From: Lachnotalea sp. AF33-28
GTDB lineage: Bacteria > Bacillota > Clostridia > Lachnospirales > Lachnospiraceae
Reading direction: 5' to 3'
NCBI RefSeq assembly: GCF_003477885.1
Contig: NZ_QUEE01000006.1
Coordinates: forward strand, 111,628 to 175,627
DNA: 64,000 nucleotides
Positions 36,180 through 46,454 of the stretch are shown one piece after another (the stretch's first letter is position 1; the number at the start of each line of letters is the position of its first letter). A program made the translations under genes and the position numbers. The notes under the pieces were generated by a model. The model saw nothing but the letters and a program-made list of their open reading frames with translations, was not told where the DNA came from and ran no database searches.

Positions 36180-37178
36180 ATGGATTTATTTTCTAAGACA
36201 TACAGCTGTTATTATCAGGTGGTGGGCCGTATCCTGGAAGCGTCCCGAAAACGCCCCGTCAGCAGAAAAGAGATGGAGGAACTGGCGGGCCGCTGGGGCT
36301 TTTCTGAAAGTGCGCTTTACATAGTGCCCAAGCTCATGTCCGGCCAGTGGGCGCTTCTTCGGGAGGAGCCCAAAGGCTCTTATCTGTCCCGCTGCGGCAG
36401 CGACGTAAAGCTGCCTCTCACAGCCCTGCAGAAAAGCTGGCTGAAATCCGTCCTGCAGGATCCGAGGATATACCTGTTTTTTTCAGAGGAGGAAGTGTGC
36501 CGGCTGCAAGAGGATCTTAAGGAGGAACCGCTGCTCTTTAAATCCGGCGATTTCTATTATTTCGACCGCTGTCAGGACGGCGATCCGTACGGTGAAGACA
36601 CATACAGAAGAAATTTCCGCACCATGACCGAAGCAGTCCGCAGCCGCCATTTGATCGAAACGGATTACCGGCCGGCGGACGGCCGCCGGCGCAGCATCCG
36701 CCTTTTCCCGTTCCGCATCCAATATTCCGCCAAAGACGATAAGTTCAGAGTGGAGGGGATGCGCCTGAAGGAAAACGGCGGAGGCTATTCACAGGCCATA
36801 ACCCTGAACATGGCCAGAATCGTCTCCTGCCGGGACGCGGGGCCGGCTTATACCCTTCCGGATACGGAGGCCCTGATCGCCTCGATGAGAGCGGAAGAAC
36901 CGGTGCTCATCGAGATATCCGGCGAGCGCAATTCCATGGAACGCTGCATGCTGCATTTCGCCAGCTATGAAAAGCGGACGGAGTATATCGAAGAACGGGG
37001 AGTATACCGCTGTGAGATCTATTATGACAGGCAGGATGAGACAGAACTCCTGATCCAGCTTTTGTCCTTCGGTCCGGTCATACGCGTCCTGGGCCCAGCT
37101 CCATTCCTGCGCCAGGTAAAAGAGCGGGTGAAGAGGCAGTATCACCTGCTGCACGATATCATCCCGTCATCAGACTGA
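36180..37178 (+). CDS. WYL domain-containing protein, second of the tandem pair
   Basis: WYL-like segment [28 protein letters not shown]...TLNMARIVS and a C-terminal WCX-like [37 protein letters not shown]. The start is 3 nt after the upstream stop. Confidence 0.55.
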   Translation: MDLFSKTYSCYYQVVGRILEASRKRPVSRKEMEELAGRWGFSESALYIVPKLMSGQWALLREEPKGSYLSRCGSDVKLPLTALQKSWLKSVLQDPRIYLFFSEEEVCRLQEDLKEEPLLFKSGDFYYFDRCQDGDPYGEDTYRRNFRTMTEAVRSRHLIETDYRPADGRRRSIRLFPFRIQYSAKDDKFRVEGMRLKENGGGYSQAITLNMARIVSCRDAGPAYTLPDTEALIASMRAEEPVLIEISGERNSMERCMLHFASYEKRTEYIEERGVYRCEIYYDRQDETELLIQLLSFGPVIRVLGPAPFLRQVKERVKRQYHLLHDIIPSSD

Positions 37179-38792
37179 AGGGGCGCAGTGTTTGAGCGCC
37201 GCCTGGACGAATCCCGCAAAGAGCGGATGGGGTCTGTTGGGCCGTGATTTGAATTCCGGATGTCCCTGCGTTCCGATAAACCACGGATGGTCCGGAATCT
37301 CACACATTTCCACGATCCTGCCGTCTGGGGACAGTCCGGACAGCCTCATCCCGTGATCGGTCAGGGCCTTCCGGTAATCATTGTTCACCTCATAGCGGTG
37401 CCTGTGACGCTCGCAGACGGTTTCCTGTCCATAGACCTCATAGGCTCTGGATCCCTTCTCCAGCACGCAGGGATATGCGCCAAGCCGCAGAGTTCCGCCG
37501 ATATCCTCTATGCCGTTCTGGTCCGGCATCAGGTGAATCACCGGATGGGAGGTGCCGGGCGCCAGCTCACTGCTGTGAGCGTCCGCATATCCGACCACAT
37601 CCCTGGCGTATTCGACGATGGACAGCTGCATGCCCAGGCACAGGCCGAGAAACGGGATCCGATGCTCTCTGGCATAGCGGATCGCCTGGATCTTGCCTTC
37701 AATCCCCCTGTCTCCAAAGCCGCCGGGCACGAGGATGCCCTGCATGCTGCCCAGAATCTCTCCCGCGTTATCGGCATTCACAGATTCTGAATCCACCCAG
37801 TGGATATGAACCTTAGCGCGGTTGGCACAGCCGGCCGCCCGCAGCGCCTCCACGACGCTGATATAGGCATCGTGGAGCTGGATGTATTTGCCTACCAGGG
37901 CGATGTGCACATCGTGTTCAGGCTGTTTCCATCTTTCGATCATGGCGGTCCATTCGGACAGATCCGGTTTGGGGCAGGACAGATTCAGGCATTCACAGGC
38001 GACCTCCGCCAGATGCTCCTTTTCCATGGCCAGAGGCGCTTCATACAGGATGTCCACATCCAGATTCTGAAGCACGTGGCTGCTGGGCACATTGCAGAAA
38101 AGGGCGATCTTATCCTTAATATGGGCATCCAGAGGATACTCCGAGCGGCATACGATGATATCGGGCTGGATTCCCATGCCCTGCAGCTGTTTAACGCTGG
38201 CCTGGGTCGGTTTGGTTTTCATTTCTCCGGAGGCTTTCAGATAGGGGATCAGAGTCACATGGATCATGATGGCGTTTTCCCTGCCCACCTCGTGCTGAAA
38301 CTGGCGGATGGCCTCAAGGAACGGCTGGCTTTCAATATCGCCCACCGTGCCGCCCACCTCGATGATGGCGATTTCTGTTTTATCTGCCTGATCCGCGGAA
38401 TAATTGCGGTAAAAGCGGTTTTTAATTTCATTTGTAATATGGGGGATTACCTGTACTGTGCCGCCGCCGAAGTCGCCGCGGCGTTCTTTTTGAAGCACGG
38501 ACCAGTAGATTTTACCGGTGGTGACGTTAGAATTTTTATTGAGACTTTCATCGATGAACCGTTCATAATGTCCGAGATCCAGATCTGTTTCGGCGCCGTC
38601 GTCGGTGACAAAAACTTCACCGTGCTGGATGGGGTTCATGGTGCCTGGGTCGATATTGATGTACGGGTCAAACTTCTGCATGGTGACGGCATAGCCCCGC
38701 GCTTTCAAAAGCCGCCCGAGTGAAGCGGCAGTGATGCCCTTGCCGAGTCCGGATACAACGCCGCCGGTTACAAACACGTATTTCACAGCCAT
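37170..38792 (-). CDS. pyrG: CTP synthase
   Basis: [27 protein letters not shown]-terminal glutamine amidotransferase domain GLCLGMQ. The start follows the track frame (M20 of ORF 37170..38849). Confidence 0.95.
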   Translation of the reverse strand: MAVKYVFVTGGVVSGLGKGITAASLGRLLKARGYAVTMQKFDPYINIDPGTMNPIQHGEVFVTDDGAETDLDLGHYERFIDESLNKNSNVTTGKIYWSVLQKERRGDFGGGTVQVIPHITNEIKNRFYRNYSADQADKTEIAIIEVGGTVGDIESQPFLEAIRQFQHEVGRENAIMIHVTLIPYLKASGEMKTKPTQASVKQLQGMGIQPDIIVCRSEYPLDAHIKDKIALFCNVPSSHVLQNLDVDILYEAPLAMEKEHLAEVACECLNLSCPKPDLSEWTAMIERWKQPEHDVHIALVGKYIQLHDAYISVVEALRAAGCANRAKVHIHWVDSESVNADNAGEILGSMQGILVPGGFGDRGIEGKIQAIRYAREHRIPFLGLCLGMQLSIVEYARDVVGYADAHSSELAPGTSHPVIHLMPDQNGIEDIGGTLRLGAYPCVLEKGSRAYEVYGQETVCERHRHRYEVNNDYRKALTDHGMRLSGLSPDGRIVEMCEIPDHPWFIGTQGHPEFKSRPNRPHPLFAGFVQAALKHCAPSV

Positions 38793-39090
38793 GGTATTTA
38801 CCTCCTGTTTTTTCTTGCCCCAACCTTTCGTGTGCTGGCGGGCTGACATGTTTACGTTTAGTCTGACAGCACAACGGGGTGACGGCCTGCGCGCACATCC
38901 GTGCGCATCTTTTCAATAGTATGGGCAGATTCATGGGATTTAAATAGATATAAATAAATCTGCTTGCAAAAAATAACTAATATATTATACACGATTAATA
39001 GTTAGCTGACTAGAGGCAATCTGCAGAAATTTGTCCGCATGAATTTATAAAACATTAATATTTGTGATGAAGATTTCACAGAGAACCTGC

Positions 39091-39119
39091 TTGATTTCTT
39101 GACGAACTATCTCTATAAT
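39091..39119 (+). promoter_or_regulatory. Putative sigma-A promoter of ftsH (TTGATT-17-TATAAT)
   Basis: TTGATT at 39091-39096, 17-nt spacer, TATAAT at 39114-39119, in an AT-rich region. Confidence 0.45.
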
Positions 39120-39184
39120 GAAAAAGAACACTATGGCGGGCGCTGCGTTTTGTCAGGCCCGTGTTGTGATAAGGGAGAAAGCGA

Positions 39185-41161
39185 ATGAATGAACAGAATC
39201 AAAACAACGGCGGAGGCCAGAATAACGGAGGCGGAGGCAAGTTCCCGAAGAACAGCCAGACCGTAATTATACTGGTAATCACCGCGCTCATGACTTTGTT
39301 CAGTGTGTCGATGCTAAGCAGCTGGTTTCGCAGCTCGACGACGGAACAGATCACATACAGCGATTTTATGAAGATGCTGGATGAGCATAAAGTGGCGGCG
39401 GTGCAGATTGACCGCCAATCCTATAAATTTGTAATTGAACCGGCGGAGGATAAGGATGAGGAATCCAAGAATCCGCTGGCTCCCAAGATGACCTATTATA
39501 CCGGCATTGTGGAGGATGAAAGCCTGGTTCCCCGCCTGATGGATGAGGGGATCATTGTGGATGGAAAAATACCCGAAACCGGCTCCTCCATCATCGATTT
39601 TATCCTGATCTATGCGGTTCCCGTGCTGCTTGTCTGGCTGGTGATGGGTTTTTTCCTAAGAAAAGCAGGCGGTGGCGGCGGCATGATGGGCGTGGGCAAA
39701 TCCAATGCCAAGGTCTATGTGCAGAAGGAAACCGGCGTTACGTTCCGCGATGTGGCCGGACAGGATGAGGCGAAGGAGTCTCTGACTGAAATCGTGGATT
39801 TTCTGCATAATCCCGGACGCTACGGAAGAATCGGCGCCAAGCTGCCAAAGGGAGCGCTCCTTGTGGGGCCGCCCGGCACTGGTAAGACATTGCTTGCCAA
39901 GGCGGTTGCCGGCGAGGCGAAGGTGCCGTTCTTTTCACTGTCCGGTTCCGATTTTGTGGAAATGTTTGTCGGCGTCGGCGCATCCCGTGTGCGCGACCTG
40001 TTCAAACAGGCGCAGCAGCAGGCGCCCTGCATCATATTCATCGATGAGATCGACGCCATCGGCAAGAGCCGTGACAGCCGTTACGGCGGGGGCAATGACG
40101 AGCGGGAGCAGACCTTAAACCAGCTGCTTTCGGAGATGGACGGTTTTGACACTTCCAAGGGCGTATTTATTCTGGCCGCCACCAACCGGCCGGAGATTCT
40201 GGATAAGGCACTGCTGCGTCCGGGCCGTTTTGACCGCCGGATCATCGTGGACCGTCCGGATTTAAAAGGGCGTATTGATATCCTGAAGGTCCATTCCAAG
40301 GATGTGCTGCTGGATGAATCCGTGGATCTGGAAGCGATTGCGCTGGCCACTTCCGGCGCCGTGGGCTCCGATCTGGCCAACATGATCAATGAGGCTGCGA
40401 TCAATGCCGTAAAGCACGGCCGCCAGGTGGTATCCCAGGCGGATCTGTTTGAAGCCGTGGAGGTGGTGCTGGTTGGCAAGGAAAAGAAGGACCGCATCAT
40501 GAGCAAGGAAGAGCGCAAAATCGTCTCCTATCATGAGGTGGGCCATGCGCTCGTCAGCGCGCTGCAGAAGGACTCGGAGCCTGTGCAGAAGATTACGATT
40601 GTGCCCAGAACCATGGGCGCGCTGGGTTATGTGATGAATGTGCCGGAGGAAGAAAAATATCTGAATACGGAAGCGGAGCTTCGGGCGATGCTGATTCAGT
40701 TTTTGGCCGGCCGGGCGGCGGAAGAGATCGTGTTTGACACTGTCACCACCGGCGCTTCCAATGATATAGAGAAGGCGACTTCCATCGCCAGAGCCATGGT
40801 GACTCAGTACGGCATGTCCAAGGAATTCGGTCTCATGGGGCTTGAAACTGTGGAAAGCCAGTATCTGGAAGGCCGCAGCGTGTTAAACTGCGCCGATCAG
40901 ACTGCCGCCGGTGTGGACCGGGTGGTTATGGAGATGCTGAAAGAGTCCTACGAGAAGGCAAAGGCGCTGCTTCGGGCAAACCGTATTGCGCTGGATCGGA
41001 TCGCGGCATTTCTGATTGAAAAGGAAACCATTACCGGCAAGGAGTTCATGAAGATCCTCCATGAAATCCAGGAGGATACAAGGCGTGCCGAGAGCTTTCT
41101 GGATACGTCTGATCCGGGCCCTGTGCCGGATGACTGGGAGGAAGGCCCCCTTCCAATGTAA
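39185..41161 (+). CDS. ftsH: ATP-dependent zinc metalloprotease FtsH
   Basis: AAA module [13 protein letters not shown], zinc-binding HEVGHAL, N-terminal TM helices. Confidence 0.95.
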   Translation: MNEQNQNNGGGQNNGGGGKFPKNSQTVIILVITALMTLFSVSMLSSWFRSSTTEQITYSDFMKMLDEHKVAAVQIDRQSYKFVIEPAEDKDEESKNPLAPKMTYYTGIVEDESLVPRLMDEGIIVDGKIPETGSSIIDFILIYAVPVLLVWLVMGFFLRKAGGGGGMMGVGKSNAKVYVQKETGVTFRDVAGQDEAKESLTEIVDFLHNPGRYGRIGAKLPKGALLVGPPGTGKTLLAKAVAGEAKVPFFSLSGSDFVEMFVGVGASRVRDLFKQAQQQAPCIIFIDEIDAIGKSRDSRYGGGNDEREQTLNQLLSEMDGFDTSKGVFILAATNRPEILDKALLRPGRFDRRIIVDRPDLKGRIDILKVHSKDVLLDESVDLEAIALATSGAVGSDLANMINEAAINAVKHGRQVVSQADLFEAVEVVLVGKEKKDRIMSKEERKIVSYHEVGHALVSALQKDSEPVQKITIVPRTMGALGYVMNVPEEEKYLNTEAELRAMLIQFLAGRAAEEIVFDTVTTGASNDIEKATSIARAMVTQYGMSKEFGLMGLETVESQYLEGRSVLNCADQTAAGVDRVVMEMLKESYEKAKALLRANRIALDRIAAFLIEKETITGKEFMKILHEIQEDTRRAESFLDTSDPGPVPDDWEEGPLPM

Positions 41162-41170
41162 ATAAATGAA

Positions 41171-41212
41171 GACAGACCCCGCTCTTTCCGAAATGCGGGG
41201 TCTGTTCTGTGA
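41171..41212 (+). terminator. Rho-independent terminator after ftsH
   Basis: gacagaccccgc / gcggggtctgttc stem followed by a T-rich tract. Confidence 0.6.
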
Positions 41213-41225
41213 ATGGGAGGAGAAT

Positions 41226-43091
41226 ATGTTTCAGCTGGAAGAAGAATTAAAAAAGCTGCCCGGCAAGCCGGGTGTCTATCTGATGCATAACGATCAGGAT
41301 GAGATCATTTATGTGGGCAAAGCAATCAGCCTGAAAAACCGTGTGCGGCAGTATTTTCAGAGCAGCCGTGGAAAGTCCTCCAAGATAGAGAAAATGGTAT
41401 CCCATATCGCGTGGTTTGAATATATTATTACTGACTCGGAGCTGGAGGCGCTGGTGCTGGAATGCAATCTGATCAAAGAACATCAGCCCCGGTATAACAC
41501 CATGCTCAAGGACGACAAAACCTATCCTTATATCAAGGTGACGGTGCAGGAAGACTTTCCGCGGGTCCTGTTTTCACGGGATATGAAAAAGGATAAATCC
41601 CGGTATTTCGGGCCGTATACCAGCGCGGGCGCGGTGAAGGACACGATCAACCTGATCCACAGGCTCTATAAGATCCGTACCTGCCACCGCGCGCTGCCGG
41701 AGAACATAGGCAAGGAGCGCCCCTGCCTGAACTATCACATCAAGCAGTGCGACGCTCCCTGCCAGGGCTATATCTCCAAAGAGGAGTACCGAAAGAACGT
41801 GGACCAGGTCCTGGACTTCTTAAGCGGTAATTACAACGCTATTTTAAAGCGGCTGGAGGCACAGATGAATGAGGCTGCAGAGGAGCTGGATTTTGAATCG
41901 GCCGCCGGCTACAGGGAGCTTTTATTCAGCGTGCAGAAGGTGGCTCAGAAACAGAAGATTACCGACAGCGGCAATGAGGACCGGGATGTGATCGGACTGG
42001 CTGTGGACGGAAGCGATGCGGTGGTGCAGGTATTTTTCGTCCGGGAAGGGAAGATGATCGGAAGGGACCATTTCCAGATCTCGGTGGGTGACGGGGATAC
42101 CCCGTCCCAGATACTGACCGGCTTTGTCAAGCAGTTTTACTCGGGCACGCCCTTTATCCCCAAGGAGCTGTTTCTGCAGACGCCCATTGAGGATGAAGAG
42201 CTGATCGTGAAATGGCTGGAGGCCAAACGGGGCCAGAAGGTGACAATCCGCGTGCCGCAAAAGGGCGAAAAGGCGCGCCTGGTGGAGCTGGCCGAGAAAA
42301 ACGCCGGCCTGATCCTGTCACAGGACCGGGAAAAGCTGAAGAAAGAGCATGTAAAGACCGTCGGCGCCATGAACAGCCTCGCAGAGATACTGGGGCTTAA
42401 ACAGGTCCGCCGCGTGGAGGCATTTGATATTTCCAATATCAGCGGATTTGAATCGGTGGGCTCCATGGTGGTGTTTGAAGATGGGAAGCCGAAGCGCAAC
42501 GACTACCGTAAATTTCGCATAAAATCGGTGATAGGCGCCAACGACTATGCGTCCATGGAGGAAGTTTTAAGCCGCCGGTTCCTGCACGGCCTCGAGGAGA
42601 TGCGCCGCATGAGAGAAGACGGTCAGGATGAAAAAATGGGCGGATTCACCAGGTTCCCGGATCTGATTATGATGGACGGCGGCAGGGGCCAGGTCAATAT
42701 CGCCCTTAAGGTCATGGACCGGCTGTCGCTTACAATTCCGGTCTGCGGTATGGTGAAGGATGACAACCATAGAACGAGAGGCTTGTATTACCAGAACGTG
42801 GAGCTGGAGATTGATACTCATTCCGAGATGTTCCGGCTGATCACCAGGATACAGGATGAAGCGCACCGTTTCGCCATCGAGTATCACAGAAGCTTGAGAA
42901 GCAAAGGTCAGGTGCATTCCATCCTGGACGATATAGAGGGGGTGGGCCCCGTACGCAGAAAGGCGCTGATGCGTCATTTTCAGACAATTGATGAGATAAA
43001 ATCGGCCAGTGTGGAAGATTTAAAAAGTCTGCCGGAAATGAATGAAAACGTGGCGGAAAATATTTACAGATTTTTTCATGCCCAGCAATAA
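41226..43091 (+). CDS. uvrC: Excinuclease ABC subunit C
   Basis: GIY-YIG N-terminus ([26 protein letters not shown]), UvrC central and RNase H-like/HhH C-terminal regions. Start at the internal M with a GGGAGGAG site. Confidence 0.9.
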   Translation: MFQLEEELKKLPGKPGVYLMHNDQDEIIYVGKAISLKNRVRQYFQSSRGKSSKIEKMVSHIAWFEYIITDSELEALVLECNLIKEHQPRYNTMLKDDKTYPYIKVTVQEDFPRVLFSRDMKKDKSRYFGPYTSAGAVKDTINLIHRLYKIRTCHRALPENIGKERPCLNYHIKQCDAPCQGYISKEEYRKNVDQVLDFLSGNYNAILKRLEAQMNEAAEELDFESAAGYRELLFSVQKVAQKQKITDSGNEDRDVIGLAVDGSDAVVQVFFVREGKMIGRDHFQISVGDGDTPSQILTGFVKQFYSGTPFIPKELFLQTPIEDEELIVKWLEAKRGQKVTIRVPQKGEKARLVELAEKNAGLILSQDREKLKKEHVKTVGAMNSLAEILGLKQVRRVEAFDISNISGFESVGSMVVFEDGKPKRNDYRKFRIKSVIGANDYASMEEVLSRRFLHGLEEMRRMREDGQDEKMGGFTRFPDLIMMDGGRGQVNIALKVMDRLSLTIPVCGMVKDDNHRTRGLYYQNVELEIDTHSEMFRLITRIQDEAHRFAIEYHRSLRSKGQVHSILDDIEGVGPVRRKALMRHFQTIDEIKSASVEDLKSLPEMNENVAENIYRFFHAQQ

Positions 43092-43237
43092 GTCTTGTCA
43101 CCGGGCTTTTCCTGTGTTAGTATATTTAATAATCCGGAAACGCGGCCTGCGGATCCGGAAGAATATGTGAAGAAATCCGCCGGAGCTGATGCACAGAGGG
43201 CTTTGTGCCGGCTGCGGTGAGGAAATGGAGGAGCGAA

Positions 43238-44176
43238 ATGGCAGGTGTTAGGGTATCAACATTGATCGAAAAATTCGGGCTGCGCCATCTGACCGAATCG
43301 ATCGACACCACAGAGATCATATTAACTCATCCGGATATCAACCGTCCGGCTCTGCAGTTAACAGGCTTTTACGATCACTTTGACAGCGACCGCGTACAGA
43401 TTATCGGTTTTGTGGAACAGGAGTATTTAAAGCAGCTGACCAGAGAGCAGAGAAAGGACTGTTATGAGAAACTCTTTTCCAACAATATCCCCTGCCTGAT
43501 CTGCAGCCGCAGCTATCAGCCGGGAGAGGATATGCACAGCACGGCGCTCAAATACGGTGTGCCGCTGCTGGTATCCGATAAGACCACCTCAGATCTGATG
43601 GCGGAGGTGATCCGCTGGCTGAAGGTGCAGTTAGCTCCTACCATCAGCATACACGGCGTGCTCGTGGATGTATTCGGCGAGGGCGTACTGATTATGGGCG
43701 AGAGCGGCATCGGCAAGAGCGAGGCTGCGCTGGAACTGATCAAGCGCGGCCACCGTCTGGTCAGCGATGACGTGGTGGAAATCCGTAAGGTCAGCGATGA
43801 TACCTTGATCGGCAGCGCTCCCGGCATCACCCGGCATTTCATAGAGCTGCGCGGCATCGGAATCATTGATGTCAAAACGCTTTTTGGCGTAGAGAGCGTA
43901 AAAAATACTCAGAGCATCGACATGGTGATCAAGCTGGAAGAGTGGGACCGCGATAAGGAATACGACCGTCTGGGTCTGGATGACCAGTATACGGAATTTT
44001 TGGGCAATAAGGTGATCTGTCATTCCATACCGATCCGTCCGGGCAGAAATCTGGCGATCATAGTGGAGTCGGCGGCCGTCAATTACCGTCAGAAAAAGAT
44101 GGGCTATAATGCGGCCCAGGAGCTGTATAAGAGAGTTCAGGACAATTTGGCAAGAGGTGCGGTGGATATCATATAA
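43238..44176 (+). CDS. hprK: HPr kinase/phosphorylase
   Basis: Walker A GESGIGKSE and the HprK signature region. Start MAGVRVSTLIEKFGL with a GGAGGAG site. Confidence 0.9.
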   Translation: MAGVRVSTLIEKFGLRHLTESIDTTEIILTHPDINRPALQLTGFYDHFDSDRVQIIGFVEQEYLKQLTREQRKDCYEKLFSNNIPCLICSRSYQPGEDMHSTALKYGVPLLVSDKTTSDLMAEVIRWLKVQLAPTISIHGVLVDVFGEGVLIMGESGIGKSEAALELIKRGHRLVSDDVVEIRKVSDDTLIGSAPGITRHFIELRGIGIIDVKTLFGVESVKNTQSIDMVIKLEEWDRDKEYDRLGLDDQYTEFLGNKVICHSIPIRPGRNLAIIVESAAVNYRQKKMGYNAAQELYKRVQDNLARGAVDII

Positions 44177-45087
44177 TGGAAAGATTAGAACAGATTTTGT
44201 CAGAGATCGCCGGAAGAGAAAATGTACGCGAAAATGAACCTATGAAAAACCATACAACTTTTCGGGCCGGCGGAGCGGCAAGACTGTTTGTCACGCCAGA
44301 GGATGAAGACGCTCTGGTACGGCTGGAAAAAACCTGTCAAAGTGCGGGGGTTTCGTATACTGTGGTCGGAAACGGCAGCAATCTGCTGGTTTCCGACAGC
44401 GGATACGACGGAGTGATCATACAGCTGGGGAGCCGCTTTGCCCACTGCAGACGGGATGGAGACGTGCTGGAAGCCGAAGCCGGGATACTCCTGTCAAAGC
44501 TGGCGCGTTTTGCCTGCGATCAGGGGCTGTCCGGCCTGGAATTCGCCTCCGGCATCCCGGGAAGCCTTGGCGGCGCAGCGGTGATGAACGCGGGAGCCTA
44601 TGGCGGCGAGATGGCCCATGTCCTAGTGGACGCGCTGGTGCTGACAGAGAGCGGCGAGCGGATGGTGATCCCTGCGGAACAGATGGAGCTTGGATACCGC
44701 AGCAGCCTGATTATGAAGCGGGGCTATACGGTCCTGAAAGCCCGGGTGAGACTTGTGCCGGGCGATAAGCGGCAGATTCAGGACAGGATGGATGAGTTAA
44801 ACCGGAGACGGAAGGAAAAACAGCCTTTGGAATACCCCAGCGCCGGCAGCACCTTTAAGAGGCCGGCAGGATATTTTGCGGGCAAATTGATCCAGGACTG
44901 CGGCCTTGCGGGTTTTCAGATCGGAGGAGCCGCCGTTTCTGAAAAGCACTGCGGGTTTGTGATCAATAAGGATCAGGCCAGCGCTCGGGATATCTATCTG
45001 CTGTGCAGGGAAATACAGAAAAGAGTTTATGACCGTTTTCAGGTCCCCATGGAAATGGAAGTGAGGCTCCTGGGGGATTTTTCGTAA
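44176..45087 (+). CDS. murB: UDP-N-acetylenolpyruvoylglucosamine reductase
   Basis: FAD-binding and MurB C-terminal domains (HTTFRAGGAARLFV...AGSTFKRP). Confidence 0.9.
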   Translation: MERLEQILSEIAGRENVRENEPMKNHTTFRAGGAARLFVTPEDEDALVRLEKTCQSAGVSYTVVGNGSNLLVSDSGYDGVIIQLGSRFAHCRRDGDVLEAEAGILLSKLARFACDQGLSGLEFASGIPGSLGGAAVMNAGAYGGEMAHVLVDALVLTESGERMVIPAEQMELGYRSSLIMKRGYTVLKARVRLVPGDKRQIQDRMDELNRRRKEKQPLEYPSAGSTFKRPAGYFAGKLIQDCGLAGFQIGGAAVSEKHCGFVINKDQASARDIYLLCREIQKRVYDRFQVPMEMEVRLLGDFS

Positions 45088-45100
45088 CACGGAGGTTAAC

Positions 45101-46060
45101 ATGTCATTTTCAGGTAATGTAAAAGAGGAACTTTCCCGGCAGACAGGAACTGCCAGGCATTGTCAGATAGCGGAAATTGCGGCACTGCTTTCCATGTGCG
45201 GGCACATCAATGCCACCGCAAACGGCGGCTTATGCCTGATACTTCATACGGAAAACGCAGCAGTTGCAAGAAAGTACTTTACATTACTGAAAAAAACATT
45301 TAGTATAAATACTGAAATATGCGTCAGACGCAATGCCTACCTGAAAAAGAGCCGCACCTATGTGCTGGCGGTGAACCGGCAGGAGGATGTGAGGCGGATC
45401 CTGCAGGCTGTGAAGATGGATGCCATGCGGGGGAGCCTGGCGGAGCAGGACACTCTGGTCAGCAGCCTTCTGGTGATGAGCTCCTGCTGTAAGCGCGCGT
45501 TTATACGCGGGGCTTTTCTGGCATCTGGCTCCATGAGCGACCCCAACAAGGCATATCATCTGGAAATTGTATTGAGTTCCAGGACGAAGGCGGAGCAATT
45601 GCGGACCCTGATCGCTTCTTTTGACATCGATGCAAAAATCGTTGTGCGAAAGAAGTACCATGTGTTATATATAAAAGAAGGCGTGAAGATTGTAGAGCTT
45701 TTAAATGTGATGGAGGCTCATGTAGCGCTCATGGAATTGGAAAATGTGCGCATACTAAAGGAAATCAGCGGATCGGTGAACCGCAAGGTGAACTGTGAAA
45801 CCGCGAACATCGGAAAAACGATATCAGCTGCTGTGGAGCAGATCAATGATATAAATCTTATACGCGATACCATTGGACTTTCCGGATTGCCGGAGCAGCT
45901 TGAAGAGGTTGCGCTGGCCAGGCTTGCTGCGCCGGAGGCGACGCTTTTGGAGCTGGGGGATTCGCTGAATCCGCCGGTGGGAAAATCCGGAGTCAATCAC
46001 AGGCTAAGGAAACTGAAAGACTTAGCAGACAGTATCAGAAAAGATAGGGAGGATATGTAA
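45101..46060 (+). CDS. whiA: DNA-binding sporulation/cell-division regulator WhiA
   Basis: MSFSGNVKEELSR N-terminus, LAGLIDAGG-like repeats and a C-terminal HTH (GKSGVNHRLRKL), in the conserved hprK-...-whiA-crh context. Confidence 0.9.
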   Translation: MSFSGNVKEELSRQTGTARHCQIAEIAALLSMCGHINATANGGLCLILHTENAAVARKYFTLLKKTFSINTEICVRRNAYLKKSRTYVLAVNRQEDVRRILQAVKMDAMRGSLAEQDTLVSSLLVMSSCCKRAFIRGAFLASGSMSDPNKAYHLEIVLSSRTKAEQLRTLIASFDIDAKIVVRKKYHVLYIKEGVKIVELLNVMEAHVALMELENVRILKEISGSVNRKVNCETANIGKTISAAVEQINDINLIRDTIGLSGLPEQLEEVALARLAAPEATLLELGDSLNPPVGKSGVNHRLRKLKDLADSIRKDREDM

Positions 46061-46317
46061 TGGCAACGAAAACAATCACCATTGGAATTCCGACAGGGCT
46101 TGAGGCAAGGCCGGTAGCGGTATTGGTTCAGGTGGCAAGTCAGTTCGAGAGCTCGATCTATGTGGAGACGGAGGACAAGAGGGTGAATGCCAAGAGCATC
46201 ATGGGTATGATGACCCTTGGGCTGACATCCGGCGAGCAGGTTACGGTTTCCGCATCCGGTTCGGACGAGGAAGAGGCGTTAAATCAGATTGAAAAGTACT
46301 TAAGCAGCGACAAATAG
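46060..46317 (+). CDS. crh: HPr-like phosphocarrier protein (Crh-like: Ser46 present, His15 replaced by Glu)
   Basis: 85 aa, HPr fold. GLEARPVAV replaces the GIHARPA of HPr; the KSIMG Ser46 motif is retained. Confidence 0.65.
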   Translation: MATKTITIGIPTGLEARPVAVLVQVASQFESSIYVETEDKRVNAKSIMGMMTLGLTSGEQVTVSASGSDEEEALNQIEKYLSSDK

Positions 46318-46377
46318 CCGAAGTCTTAGGATATGGGGATTAGACGGTGAACTTATAGATTACTGACGGGGATGCAT

Positions 46378-46422
46378 CCGGAAATGGGGACAGGGTATAT
46401 TATGACTGTCCCCATTTCCCCT
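46378..46422 (+). terminator. Stem-loop after crh (terminator-like, weak U-tract)
   Basis: gaaatggggacag ggtatattatgact gtccccatttc. Confidence 0.4.
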
Positions 46423-46454
46423 ATATGGGCCGTGATACAAAAGTGAGGAAAGAC

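Noticed and set aside
37800-38723. 307-aa plus-strand ORF
   Set aside because: Antisense to pyrG, whose product is unmistakable.
38793-38935. pyrG leader attenuator (CTP-sensing reiterative transcription as in Bacillus)
   Set aside because: A GCGCAC...GTGCGC hairpin exists, but on the pyrG strand it is not followed by a U-tract, and no convincing terminator/antiterminator pair could be built by eye.
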